This document shows, piece by piece, positions 1 to 14,200 of a stretch of DNA of 64,000 bases (position 1 is its first letter; the number at the start of each line of letters is the position of its first letter). A program made the translations under genes and the position numbers. The stretch comes from Phoronis australis (Eukaryota > Animalia > Phoronida): contig NMRA01000270.1 in NCBI GenBank assembly GCA_002633005.1, positions 456,345-520,344 of the forward strand, read 5' to 3'. The notes under the pieces are model-generated. The model did no database searches and was not told the origin of the DNA. It saw nothing but the letters and a program-made list of their open reading frames with translations.

Positions 1-40
1 AAATTCAGAATAACAAAAAAATCATTTATTACCATTTTAC

Positions 41-1006
41 CTTAGCAAACTTTCGCTTGTAAAAGTAACTGAACCTGTTTTTTTGTGGCTTTAATTTTCA
101 TGTTCATCTTCTTGGACATCGAATAGTGTGCCGAATGTACTGTTCACTTATAACTTTACTTGTGTACTTCGACTGCTTTTATTTCCAGAAGAAGTTCATG
201 TTCTTCTTTGACGTCATATGTTGTGCTGAAAGTTCTGTTTAGACTGATGACTTTCTCCCATTCGTCTTCCTCTACGGCAGAAATTTCCATTGTGTCCCTT
301 CTTTTTTGCCAGTGTTACTTTTGAAACCCCATAATTTGACGTCGAGTTGATCGTCAAGTCTTCTGATCTTGCGCATTGATCGATAGAAACAACTGGGGGC
401 CTCAGATATTCTTCAACAACTGCTTTGTTGTTGTTGAAGGGTGCCACGTCATGAAAAATCTGAAAAATAATTGAATATATACTCAATACTAAAACTATTT
501 TTACTTTCCGACTCAAAATGTCTTTGGCCATAAAAGTTTCTTTTGACTGTTTAGGCTCAAAATCGGTAATTGCATCAATATATTCCATTTGGATAGTTAC
601 TTGGCGCAATGTTAAAAACTTCTGCAAGTGTCTTCTATAGTGTAAGAATGGTCCCTGTTTCGAAAAAGAGGTTATCTTACCCTCACAGTCAAACCATCTC
701 TCGCATTTGTTTTGCATTCAAGCAGCTGTATCTTTTGCTTCAGTGGTCACGGTCATGGCGAATTTAACGGACGACTTGACTTCCTTGACCTCATTCACTA
801 ACCGCAATATTTTGACTCATGGCCGGTATTAAACCAAAGTGAGATTTCAGCGCTGTCAGCCATGTTGGTTCATGTGTCAGAGGATCACTATCAGTTTCTT
901 GCTCTACTGAATCACTCATTTCAAAGTCTCTCACCTCGTTCCCATCTTGCGTTTGCTCACTATCGCTCGCAGTTGTGTTTAGTCGTTTTCCTCGTGTTTT
1001 ACCCAT
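41..1006 (-). pseudogene. Disrupted intron-containing gene of unknown family (begins MGKTRGKRLNTTASDSEQ...), possibly transposon-derived
   Basis: ORF pieces 791-1006 and 214-717 with frame breaks; apparent short intron about 460-504; diverged partial copy at 2061-2512; no recognisable domain. Confidence 0.35.
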
Positions 1007-1068
1007 GTATATTTTACTTATTTTTGGCTGAGAAGTTGGAGCCCAAAACCTTAATTGACTTAACAGTA

Positions 1069-1080
1069 TGCGCATGCGCA
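1069..1080. promoter_or_regulatory. Perfect NRF1/Ewg-type palindrome TGCGCATGCGCA
   Basis: Exact consensus about 60 bp upstream of the minus-strand ATG at 1006. Confidence 0.45.
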
Positions 1081-1139
1081 ATCATCTCCCGAACTTATGC
1101 TTAAATTTGATACTACACCAACAGGGAAAGAGCACAACA

Positions 1140-4100
1140 CTAGAACGTTATAGCAAAGTTGACTGACATTTTCACTGTTCTGGTGAAGTACTGCCTTACC
1201 ACACATTGTGGTTAACATTCTTGTTTTACCTGGTTAGCAACCGTGGAATCAGCACCCTTTTCAATGAGGAGTTTCACAACTACCAGTTGGTTAAACCTAG
1301 ACAAGTCGTGGGGTGATGTGTCTTCATCCCACGCAGAGTGAAACGGTTTTAACGGAACAGACGAAATGAGCCATTTCCTATTTCGTAACAGGGTCGTGGA
1401 ATTGTATGTGGCATAGAAATGCCGGTCAAAGTATAGAAGCAAATTTGCCAATATTAAGCAAAAATCAAAATAAACCACATGTAATTTATTTCAATGTCAA
1501 TTCCCATGAACAGAACGATTTTTCTCTTGCTGAACCGAGTGAGGTGTCCCTTTCAGTAAACACCTTGTAATTAGACAAGTTCATCCGGTTTTGCAGTTTT
1601 ACGCAGTTCACGGTATAATCAACAAAGTACAGACTTTGTCCTTTAATCCTTTGGTTACTTGGTGTGCATTGACAAAAAGTGAAATACTTGTTTATTATGA
1701 AAAGCTTTACACAAAATACTGCAAAAAACACGGCATATTGACATCAAAACTAAGAAAAGGTTTTTCTGAAACCAACTTCCTTAAACTTGCAGGCACATTT
1801 CGATGACTAACCCTTTGTATCGTTGCTTTAAACATGAGAGGGCGTTCATCACTGGGTATGTTACATGAGAAAGGGTAAACTTCTCTACCCATTTTAACAA
1901 TTTCGTTGTAACATAGGAAATTAAATACCAATTAAAATACACAACGGCAATAAATGAATTGAAAATAAACTTACCACAATTATAAAGAAAACCATACCTA
2001 CATGAAAATCGTAAGATTAATGACAAACCAATTAAAAGACTGAAATACTACCATTGTACCTTAGAAAGATTTGCATGAAGAAATAATGCGATTGTACTTG
2101 TTGTTAGTGGCTTTTATTTCCAGAAGAAGTTCATGTTCTTCTTTGATGTCAAATGTGGCGCTGATGGTACTGTTTAGACTGATGCCTTTCACCCATTTGT
2201 CTACCTCTACGGCAGAAATTTCCATTGTGTCACGCTCTTTTATATCAATGTTTCTTTTGGAACCCCATAATTGAGGTCTAGTTGATCGTTTAGTCTTATG
2301 ATGTTGTGCATTGATCCGCTTTTGAATGTCTCGGTTTCTCCGACTTGACTTACTGTGTCTCTTACTAAAACTCATCTTTTTGATGGACTTTTATGTATTC
2401 CATCGATAGAAACAACTGGGGGCCTCAAATATTCTTCAACAACTGCTTTGTTGTTGTTGTTGAAGGGTGCCACGTCAGGAAAAATCTGAAAAGTAGTTGA
2501 GTATTTACTCAATTTAATGGTTGAGTCTAATCACATTGTAATGGTGACATGGTTAATTATCCGATTCATGAAAATAATCACATCAGATGGAAACAGCGAC
2601 ATATTAATAATAATACATGAAAACATAACAAAATCAACCATTTTCACTGTTCTGGTGAAGTACTGCCTTACCACACATTGTGGTTAACATTCTTGTTTTA
2701 CCTGGTTAGCAACCATGGAATCAGCACCCTTTTCAATGAGGAGTTTCACAACTACCAGTTGGTTAAACCTAGACAAGTCGTGGAGTGATGTGTCGTCATC
2801 CCACGCAGAGTGAAACGGTTTTAACGGAATAGACGAAATGAGCCATTTCCTATTTCGTAACAGGGTCGTGGAATTGTATGTGGCGTAGAAATGCCGGTCA
2901 AAGTATAGAAGCATATTTGCCAATATTAAGCAAAAATCAAAATAAACCACATGTAATTTATTTCAATGTCAATTCCCATGAACAGAACGATTTTTCTCTT
3001 GCTGAACCGAGTGAGGTGTCCCTTTCAGTAAACACCTTGTAATTAGAAAATTTCATCCGGTTTTGCAGTTTTACGCAGTTCACGGTATAATCAACAAAGT
3101 ACACACTTTGTCCTTTAATCCTTTGGTTACTTGGTGTGCATTGACAAAAAGTGAAATACTTGTTTATTATGAAAAGCTTCACACAAAATACTGCAAAAAA
3201 CACAGCATGCTGACATCAAAACTTAGAAAAGATTTTTCTGAAACCAACTTCCTTAAACTTGCAGACACATTTCGATGACTACCCCTTTGTATCGTTGCTT
3301 TAAACATGAGAGGGCGTTCATCACTGGGTATGTTAAATGAGAAAGGGTAAACTTCTCCACCCATTGTAACAATTTCGTTGTAACATAGGAAATTAAATAT
3401 CAATTAAAATCCACAACGGCAATAAATGAATTGAAAATAAACTTACCACAATTTTAAAGAAAACCATACCTACATGAAAATCGTAAGATTAATGACAAAC
3501 AAATTAAAAGAGTGAAATACTACCATTGTAGCTTAGAAAGATTTGCATGAAGAAATAATGCGATTGTACTTGTTGTTAGTGGCTTTTATTTCCAGAAAAA
3601 GTTCATGTTCTTCTTTGACGTCAAATGTGGCGCCATATGTAATTTATTTCAATGTCAATTCCCATTAACTGAACGATTTTTCTCTTGCTGAACCGAGTGA
3701 GGTGTTCCTTTCAGTAAATGCCCTACAATTAGAAAAGTTCATTCTTGTTTTACCTGGTTAGCAACCGTGGAATCAACACCCTTTTCAATGAGGAGTTTCA
3801 CAACTACCAGTTGGTTAAACCTAGATGAGTCGTGGAGCGATGTGTCGTCATCCCACGCAGAGTGAAACGGTTTTAACGGAACAGACGAAATGAGCCATTT
3901 CCTATTTCGTAACAGGGTCGTTGAATTGTATGTGGCGTAGAAATGCCAGTCAAAGTATAGAAGCAAATTTGCCAATATTAGGCAGAAAACAAAATAAACC
4001 ATATTCCCATGAACTGAATGATTTTTCTCTTGCTGAACTAGAACGTTATAGCAAAGTTGACTGTCATTTTCACTATTCTGGTGAGGTACTGCCTTACCAC

Positions 4101-4325
4101 ACATTGTGGTTAGCATTCTTGTTTTACCTGGTTAGCAACCGTGGAATCAGCACCCTTTTCAATGAGGAGTTTCACAACTTCTAGTTGGTTTATATCTAGA
4201 GGAGTCGTGGAGCGATGTGTCGCCATCCCACACTAAATGAAACGTGTTTAACGAAACAAAGACGAAATGAACCATTTCCTATTTCGTAACAGGGTTGTGG
4301 AATTGTATGTGGCGTAGAAATGCTG
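1140..4325. repeat. Mosaic local duplication: 1168-2160 repeated at 2640-3630 (offset 1472) with further shuffled partial copies at 3635-4325
   Basis: Near-identical ORF pairs 1212/2684/3739, 1486/2958, 1591/3063, 1707/3179. Confidence 0.9.
1230..1328 (-). pseudogene. Degenerate single ankyrin-repeat exon, copy 1 (further copies at 2702-2800, 3754-3852, 4128-4227)
   Basis: 33 codons DEDTSPHDLSRFNQLVVVKLLIEKGADSTVANQ ending at CAG|GTAAAA; fits ankyrin consensus TxLH....xVVKLLIxxGAD; acceptor lost in copies 1-3, frameshift in copy 4. Confidence 0.65.
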
Positions 4326-5987
4326 GCTTCGCAATAGATTGCAGTGTTGAATAATATTTGCTGTAAGAATCCTGAGCAGTCACTTGAGCCTTCCCCCATT
4401 GTAAAGTGTTTGAACCAAATACTGCCATATAATATTGGTAAAATTCTTCAGTTTAGGGTATAAATTTCTCGACAGAAGTACAGTAACTTATCAATAAAAA
4501 TTTACTTTGCTTTTAGCATGGTTTGTTTGACGTAGCTATTTTAAACAGCATTTAATAAACTTTTGAGCATTTGCGAGACTGTAGTAAGCTTTTGATAAAT
4601 AGGAATATGGTAATTTTGGCAACTATTTTGTCCCAGTTTGAAGAATACTGAATGCCTGAGTATGTCCTCTTGTATGCCGCGTTGCTGCCTTGAAGAAATA
4701 CATTCAATTTACTGATGTGCAAAACATATATTAAATGGGGTAGTAAAGTACAATTATGTTATTTCTAAGGTATATGTATCGCGGTAGAATTTTGGGTGGT
4801 TTTCCTGTTTTTGGAAGGCCAGAGTGTGTTCATTAGTCACTGTCACAACAAATTTTGTCGTTATCAATTTGGAGGTCGTCTTCAAAGTAGAATGACATTC
4901 CTGTTAAGTAGACATCTGTTCACAGGTACTATGATAGTAAACTCCATTTGGTCGGACAAAAATAAGTTTAATAAAATAAAATATAATTGTAGGCGGTCTG
5001 ATACACGCTGTACCAGACATGCGCAGGCCGCACATGCCTGCCCATTGCACTGATTGCCTAGAACCCTTTTTATGCTTTATGGTTAAAACTGAGCTAAGGA
5101 CATGACCCAAGGGTTTAGCAGTGGGACCCAGTGGGACACGCTGCTAAACCGCTGATCCAAAAATAATCGCCAAAATTACATTTTTTCTTTGATTTTTAAA
5201 GGCTTCTAACATAGTCGGGAATGTCCACAATTTTTCGAAATACTGTCAGTTGGCAGCTGTGGTATAGAACTTCAATACGGCTTAGCATCATTCTGTCACT
5301 ATATCCTTTATGAAAAACTGAGGAAACAAAATTTCACGTATAAGCGAAATTGTGTTCAAAGTTGGTGAGATTTTATTGTGACCAGTGAATTGTTCATTCA
5401 CTAAGTAACATTATTTGAGAAAATTCAAAACGAGTTCTGCCCAGTAGCCCACAATGTGTTGAAATGCTTGTTTTTCCGAAATGTCAGTTGCATATGATAT
5501 AGTTGACATGTATATTGCTTACAAACATAAATAGCAGGCTTGATAACCAACCAAGTCTGCTAAACAAAAAAAATGCTTGAGCATTACTACTTCTGAAGAA
5601 AGCAAATTGACTTGACAATCTGTGGTCTTTGCGTGCAGGATATCTTTCAATGGCTTTGAGTACAGACTTATAGAGCATTAAGGGTCTTGTGTCAATTGTA
5701 GTGTTGTGCTTTGTTGCTGTTTGATGTATTGTACCTCTGAGTATACTTTACCTTGGTATTTTTGTTTTTATTTCTTGGTTGTCACAGTGGAAAATCATGT
5801 TGCTGATCATGAGGCAGTATAGTAATTATTTGTAACTCCCACGGGTTAGATCTCATGTAGTTTGAAAATTGATCTGAATTTCCAAACATTACATTGAATT
5901 TTATTTACGGTAGTGAGACATTGGTTTGCTCGGTATTTTGTTTAGACATTTTTCATGTTCTTCTTTAAGAGACGTTGATTATTAGTA

Positions 5988-6228
5988 CAGTGTGTTCACA
6001 AAAATATTTGCAAACACGAGTACTAGAAAATGGGTTTCACTGGCACGCAATTATTGTATACTCTGATCCCAGTTTGTGTACCTAGGAAATGATGTTACGG
6101 ACAACAACACAGTTTACTCGTAGTTGAAGAGATACGAATGGATGTTTTCAGATTCTGTACAACCGACATCACCTTCACGTGGTACTCTTATTTTAGAATG
6201 TTTTTGTGAACATTTTTGGTACACCCTG
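5988..6228. mobile_element. Tc1/mariner-type MITE (degenerate)
   Basis: TA|CAGTGTGTTCACAAAAA ... TTTTTGGTACACCCTG|TA; similar ends at 32278-32450. Confidence 0.5.
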
Positions 6229-7710
6229 TATATTCAAGTGTTAATCCATATGGTAACCACTCAAGTGTTGTATTTAGACTTGTATGTAATTATCTTCAGT
6301 TGTTGCCAGACAGACAACATATTAAGATGTGATGATCATCAAGTGACTATGTGAACATTTAAGATGGTGCAACTTGAGGTGGTCAACTTTTCCCAGTCCA
6401 ACTTTTCCGTGTGTCTGGGATATCAGCATCCTTCTGCCATACTTTAGTTCATATGAACGCCACATCTCATTTCTTGCACCTTATGGTACTGTTTGTCATG
6501 TGGTCACTCTCTTGGCAGGTGCAACTTTCGCTGGGACAAGTATCTGACTGGACACATTTTTTTCATCTCTATGTATGGGATTGCAGTTGTTACATTTTTG
6601 TAAGCAAAGTATGGCAACTCTTCATATGCTTTGGTCAAAGTTTAATCACTATGTTGCTAATCATGAAAAAATTAAAATTTATTTTCCAACAGCTTCACCG
6701 TACATACCAAACAGTTAACATATTAAAATTTTCTGAATCTGTTCTGTGCGGAAGTTTGATGAAATAAAATTCAGTTTCTCCACTGTATTGAAGAATTACC
6801 ATACCTTGCCTGATGTGAATTTTTTTGTACAACGAACAGTATCAAACTTCTTTTGACGATCATTTGGAAATTGCTTTGTGTTTTTAATAAAGTATGTACA
6901 TAGACTGAGATGTATACATTGTTTCATCTTTTATAGGATTCCATACTTTTCCGTTTTGGAAATAGTCACAAGAGATGCGTGCTGGTACCTGCATGTGCAT
7001 TTGGATGTTTGTCAACAAACACTGACTCAAGCTGCATCACAAACCTTTTCTCTTCAAATCATAAATTTATTATATGCTCTTGTTAATCACATGCTACATT
7101 TAACAAACATTTACAGACTAATCATTGCACATAACTTGTAATAATTATATTAAATCTAGGTCATATATCTGTTACGCACAGTGAATATAAATTTAAAATA
7201 AGACACCATAATGGTTCTTGGACATTACTGGAATGGCCGGTCAGAAGTGGCCAAGTTCAAACTCGATGAAATATGAACACAGCGATGTACTGTTTATTAA
7301 ACAAAAAACACCTATTAGCTCCATTCAGTCCACAGCATAACCATAGAAAAAGAACTGTTGTCTTATTTCATGACTTGATTTTTAGACATGTGGCTAAATT
7401 AAATCAAAACAATTTATCTCATTGTGTGAAACGTTAACTGAAGCAGCACTCAAAATCAACTTTAATACATTTCCATGTCCAGATCTCTGACCAAAGTATT
7501 ATAAATTAGAACTGCTTGAAAGTAACGTTACAATGCCGACACACAATAAACTACGACTGTTTTCCTTAACAACACTTGATCATGAGTATATGCCATTAAT
7601 TGTCGATTACTTTTCTCATCCAATAATAATTCGAGCATAATCTGTAAACTCTACACACATCTCCTCAAAACTGCTTACTAAAAAGTGATGAACAAACTAG
7701 GAAGTTATCA

Positions 7711-7863
7711 CAATTGACCAATCGCAAGCTCCGCCCCTTTGTGACTCGACAAACAATGTTTTAACCAGCAACGTGGCGGCTTGGAAATGAAAGTGTGTCA
7801 AGAATGCTGCGTTCAGATTGGTCAGTTCGGCCGTCACTCAAAATCCTGGCGATAGGTCAATTG
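7711..7863. mobile_element. MITE in the TSPO 3' region; second family member at 18475-18654
   Basis: TIRs CAATTGACCAATCGC...GCGATAGGTCAATTG; internal sequence shared with 18475-18654. Confidence 0.75.
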
Positions 7864-8044
7864 CCACTAACAGTACAAAACAGAAATAAAAACAAGCATG
7901 TACTTGACTCGACAAAGGCTAGACTCCCTCTCAAGTTGGAACTCATTGAAAAACTTCACAATATTATGTCTACCATTGAGACATGAGCCTCGACAGCTTG
8001 GCGGTGGTTGTTAAACCATGCCAAATTATGTCTGGGGCTAGGCA

Positions 8045-8221
8045 TTACTCGGCCTTAATGGCTGGCCGGTTGTTCCTCCAACAGTAGAAGTTAATGGAGG
8101 TTGCCAAGGACACCCACATTAAATAAGGAATCATCAGGTAGCTGGCAGTCTTGTTAATGGGGTAGAAGGTGTAGATGCACCCTGCAATGGCTCCCCACAA
8201 TGCAAGAATGTCGGCCAGTGC
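8045..8221 (-). CDS. TSPO: TSPO terminal coding exon ([10 protein letters not shown]...[19 protein letters not shown])
   Basis: ttcttgtag acceptor, 59 codons to TAA; TM4-TM5 with a CRAC-like C-terminal segment. Confidence 0.95.
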   Translation of the reverse strand, partial: ALADILALWGAIAGCIYTFYPINKTASYLMIPYLMWVSLATSINFYCWRNNRPAIKAE

Positions 8222-11200
8222 CTACAAGAAATAGAGTCCAGTCCATTAAAACATCTCTTCATTAGAAATTAGATACAAAAAATCATGTTGGGAGTCATTC
8301 ATGTAAGGAGCCCTGAAAGATCCATATAGATATGTTCCCGTGACAGAACCAGATGCATTCAATTCTCTTTGAAATTCATCAAACCCAAAAACCATGAAAG
8401 GAATCAGTTGAAAAATAAGCAAAATATCACAGAATATTTTCTTAAAGCCCCTGTCTGCTCACTATCTTTTTTCACACAGTTTGGGTTAAAGGTTTCGGTA
8501 GCCTGTAATTGGTCAGTTCAGTCATGAATAGCGACATCTATCATCTGGGTGGTTTGTAGAGTGATGCTGTATAGCTAGACAACCACATTAGTCATCGTAC
8601 TGTGTTTCAGCCAATACAATACATAAGATCAGAAGATCTGTCGTCGAAGCACAGAAGGAATCAACATAGGTATCTGACATCCATTTTACTTTCCTAGACA
8701 TTAAGATCTTTGCGCAGAATTTTGACACCACATCTTTAAATAATCAAAATGGTGGAACTTTTCCTCAGAAATGTGACATTCCTTAATGGTTGCTAAAATT
8801 TATCTGTATTCTAACAGTCGTGATCTAGCACGTCTTCATATCCCATCAACTTGCCACTTCAAGTTTTCAGACACAAATCTGGGCCTGGAATGTAATCTTA
8901 GTATTCGAAACAAACTCAAAATTATTTTTGGCAATTTCTCTGCTACTTTTGTCCAAACTCAAGATAAGTGGTAACTAGACAGTGCTTGAATACAGTATAG
9001 TTTACGCATACAAGTTTCTAGACCAAGTTTGCTCTTGATGACCCTTACATTCGTGGTACAAACTGAGTAAAAACTAGGATTAAAAAATTAACTACACAAG
9101 TCATGTACTCGAGCAGACTTATCTTAATTCGCAAAAAAGTACAGTAGAAAATACTGAACATAATTTCCAGGTCCATTTCTAGTAAAACGACTAGAACCCA
9201 GGCTTTGGGGTTACCCACAAAATGCAACGGGAAAGTGGTCACAGTATGTGTCTGAGCTGCAAAAATAACGAACAACCGATCGTTTTCATCTTGCATTAGT
9301 TCCCCCTTCTTAGTTGCTCCATAATGATTGGTGCAACTTAGCACTAGACTTGACTAAGAGTACATTGATTTTGATTAGCCAGTGGTCACTCAGTCCCTTA
9401 CTCTGTGGCTAGTTGTTTGTCACACTAGACTCTAAGAGTACACTGATCTTGATCAGCGAGCGTTCACTCACCCCTGTTGATCGGGTTTCAAGGTGATACA
9501 GCGCAAGTGTCTACAGCTCTCTTAATCATTAGTAGTTAAATACATGTGGCATTGGCACTAAAATCAATTCCACTGCATAAGTGACAGCATGAAAGCACTG
9601 GTAGTATGAATCAAAGTTCCTGAAATGATCACCTCATTTTCGTTTCACCCAACCTGATTTTACTTCATTCCATACCACTGTTCAGAGATGTCAATTTGCA
9701 AGTTCAAACATTGACCAAATTAACTCCTTACATAAAGCACTTGAGACACTAAAGCCTTCATATTTCAAATTTAAAATGCAGGGCTTGGAATGACCAATGA
9801 CAAAAAACGCGGACACTTTGAAAGTTTTACGGCCCAAATCGTCGCCCGATAACCAGCCTAGAACTGGTCGATGTGAACCTTTCCCCGACAAAAATCGGGA
9901 GGACTAAAAAAAAAAAAAACGTTACCACCAAGTGGCATGCGTCTGCGTCCTTTTAGCTCGCCCGTCTACTCCCAACCCACACATTTTTGGCTGCAGAGCG
10001 GTAGTATTTGTCGCCGCGCTTAACAATAACACAAGACGCCATTGAAAATCACACCACGCTATCCCAGATGCCCGGGCAATGTTGACAATTTAAGTTCCTC
10101 CGAACATAAAGAGCAACTTACGCTTTTCGAGGTGAACGTCGTCTGCAACGCCGCGATAAGAAAGGAATTTGCCGCAGAACTTTTATATCAAATCCGATTT
10201 TTTTACGCGGAAATATTATAAAAAAAGCGGAAAGCATATTTGAAAAAGCGGAAATCCGCGTTTCAGCGGAAAATTCCAAGCCCTGAAAATGGTTCGTGTT
10301 TACTTAGAGGCACTGGCTACAGGGCATACATTTCGACACTGCCAAATATAGGACCACAAGAATGCATGCATTTGGGTGTTTGGCCCCAAAATGCATTTAC
10401 ATATATCATACAGAAACGTCCAATAGCAACACACTAAAATAGTCTTTTCTTTAAAAACAAACTCTTTACGGACCATCACAACTGTTATCTTACCCAGCCT
10501 AGCTTCTTAGCACCAAAGAAGATGGGAGACCAAACCCAATTGAGAGCCAACTGTGTCCCATACAACGCCAAAGGGAGTCGGCCCTCACTTTCGGCGGCAT
10601 CTCGCCACACCAGGTATGATGCATATCCCATCCCTGTAACGAGAAAAGTAGAACAGGCTGCACTGGAAACCATTATGAATGTGACAAATAGACAAGGTGT
10701 ATATATTTTTGTAAGACTTGAAGAGAAAAACAATCTGTTTCAAAAGAAAATTAAAGTTAAAAAATTGACTTTCACTACCACCTCAGAACTTTAACATGTT
10801 AACTGTTAGCACATCACAATTTAAAAATAGTTTCTATAAAACACGCAGTAACTACCGTTAGAGGAAAAGCTTTACGCAGACAATGTACTTATGCTGAGGT
10901 GAGATTTAATTCCTTTTTAAAAATAGCATGGAGTAGAAAATGAATGATTTAAGACGCAACCACTGAGTCATAAACGGACTAATGTGATCACATTTTAGAC
11001 AGTCATGCAACTAACATGTCAAATATTCAATGGATCACAAGGCTTCATTGTTTTTTTAGGCTACATCTTTATTTACTGTAACATTTCTTCAAATTCGAGC
11101 AAAGAGGACAAGTGAAAATTTTCATTTTCCATTTTTCAAAAACGGCATCATTTATTATGCTTAAAGTTCATCAAGTACTTGTTGACAACACCTCTACTAC

Positions 11201-14200
11201 AAACTGGGAAGGTGACGAAGAGACCCTCTCTTCCAGTCTACCTTTCTTGAAAACTTTGATCATGACAAGCAATATTTCACAATCCACCACAGTGTTATAA
11301 ACTGACGAAACGTCACTATAGTAACCAAATTTTTCCACATCTCAAGACAAAAACGACCAGTTGCCAGTTGTTTGTTATTTCCTGTAGGTCATAACTAATT
11401 CTCATTCAATATTGTAACTGTCTGGTATTCCTTATGACACTATGTATACTTTGCAACACAGAGTATGACTACTGTTAGTGTGTTTGTGTATTCATATTGT
11501 CAAATAATGTGGCTACCTGCCACCACCAAACTTGAATCGAAAGCTCGTCTCAATTTACAAAACGCGTTCTATGAGATTGCTGTGCATGTTTAGTGTCACC
11601 CTCCTGAATTAATCTGTGGCTGCGTGAGGGAAATAAATGTTTTCTTGGAAAGAAGCACTACTGAAGAGACCAACCCTGATATAACGTAACAAAAACAAAA
11701 AACAATATATCTTCTTGTATCAAAGGTTCACCCACTGTACACTTCAACATTCATATGTACTCAACTGTACATCTCACCACTCATCTGCACACCTCATCAC
11801 TCACCTGTAACCCTCACCACTCACCTGTACACCTCACCACTCACCTGTATAGAGAGTAGTCCATACTGGGCCAAACACCCAGGGTGGCGGGTTCCACCTA
11901 GGTTTCTTAAGCTCCTACAAAACCCATCATATAATCAATAAAGATTCATTTAGACAAACTAGGCCACACTGATTATGAACATCAAGGCCAAGGTTAAAAG
12001 ACTGTGTAATTGTAGCTTGATTGGCATTCAATGTTTGAATATTAAATGTTTTGCATTACAAATACCTATGCGAGAAAAAACAAATATACCCAGCAAAGGT
12101 ACTATGGTATAAGACTTGACTGTCAATATATGCAATTTGCACTGTCAGGCTACTACTCGTTATTGATTCTTTTGTTACAGTCAAATTTGCAAATAATAAT
12201 TGCTGAATCGCTGTCACAGGGCACACACGCAGTAAAAGTACACGGGTGTTGACTAAACATACACCTCCCCTGCAAGTAAAATAGATGAAATTACTAAACT
12301 GAACATGCAGAGGACATTACGCAACAACCCACAACAAGCATGTTAGTAAGAAACTGGCCCCAACATGAAAACTGCAGTCTACCGTCACAATGACTTACCT
12401 TGTGGTACCAAGTTTTGATCTCAGGATTGGACATGTAGTTACCAAGGATACCACCTACATGTGGAGCTAGCACAGCGAGAGAAGGTTTAACCCAATGGTA
12501 GGATAACATCACTACAAAAACACAACACCACAGAGATAATACGCATGCTTCCTCACCTTGGTCTCGCTGCCTCCTGGCTCCAGTCATCAAGTTTTATAGC
12601 TGGACCCAATGGAAGGTCATTAAATGCCAATCATGGTCCACAAAATACACCATGGGAGCATTTAATTGAAACTGTCCATGCATATCCTGGGATAGGTATA
12701 CATTACCGAATGCAGTGTCTCATTTTGTTACAATAAGAAAATTTGTCGTTTTTTTCAAAAAAGACAACTTGCCATACTAGAATTGTTTCCCACATTCTTT
12801 GTGGCATGTTAAATAGAAGCAGAATTGAGGAGCTGTAGTATACACTCCTCTTCCATTTTTTCCAGTATGATGCAGTCACGTTACAAAAGTAAATTGCACA
12901 AAATGATTGAACTTAGTAAAAATAGTTACATTTTTATTACAAAGGTAAGCAGCTTTGCTTTTCTTTCTAATACTTTTCAAGGTCACTATTGCTCAATCAT
13001 CTTAAGCTTATTTTCTCAAGGAAGGTAAAGTATTTTGGGACTTCCAAGCATGCAGAGTCTCATTTTTACTAAAATCAATGACCATAAAATACACATCACC
13101 ATCACTGGCAGAAACCATAACATTGTAAAGTTAAAATCGTAGATGCTAACCTCATCTACATATAACGGCAGACTCAGTCTCCTAAAATTCTGATGAACTG
13201 TGCGACTCCAAAAAGATGTTTACAGCATCATAACAGAGATTTACAGTACGTCATCGTGAGATTGAATTTTTTTGTATCCATCCTACACCTTCTGCATGTG
13301 CGAGCTCAACGTAATGTCTTTGATCAGCCATGCTTTATACGAGTTAAATTCTTGTACAGGGGGGATTTGCCGAGCATGGTTCGAGTTAATTAATTTTTCC
13401 AGAACAAAGGGTTTGATGAGAGCAATTAAGACAACCTTCTCACTAATGACATTTCAAGAAGAACCTAAGTCTGCGTGTCACGAAATTGATAGGCAGCTGC
13501 CAACATTGTTCATAACAAGAACCTGCACAAATGAGTAGTGGATAAAATGAAAAAAACGGCTAATCTAAAATAATACAGCAGGCCAGTGAAATTTTATTTT
13601 CTTAATTTTTAACAAAAAAGGCAACGCCAAAAATCCTTTACTATTTAATGATGAGGACTTTATAATGTTCGAAGCCTTTGAAAAATATGATAAATAAAAT
13701 TGTGGGGCAGATTTTTTCAGGTAAAACTCAAGTATAAGTTTTTTCTTCTCAAATGCCTCAGTTGTTGGTTTCACTTTGGTTTCATTTGAATTTGTTTGTT
13801 TGTTTTCTTCTAATTATGTACAGTCATGATGGATGTTTTGAAGCCATTTCATTTATTTTCTGTTTTTACAAATGTGTGTTGACTTGTGTTAATATCAAAT
13901 CTAAATAATCTCGATTTCAAGGCACAAAGTGGTATAAAACATTCTTTGACAGATGCATTATAACAAAAAACTGTTATCAAATTCAGTTTCCTTGGTTTTA
14001 GAAGAAAAAAGTAATCTTCTTTCAGGTATATAAGCACAGGGCTCAGGTGGTCTAACACTGTGTGATCAACTTCTTCTGGCATTACAAATTACCTTGTCAC
14101 TAATTGGCAGAAAGGAGTAGGTTTGGAGCCTACCTACAGTACAATCAAGATGATTTACGACCAGGCTCACCGAATATCTTCTGAGCACCACGAATGAAGA

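Noticed and set aside
14093-14140. Fourth TSPO first exon ending AAG|GTAAT
   Set aside because: The translation lacks the LxPxxG and W(Y/F) motifs, and the region looks like a SINE relic
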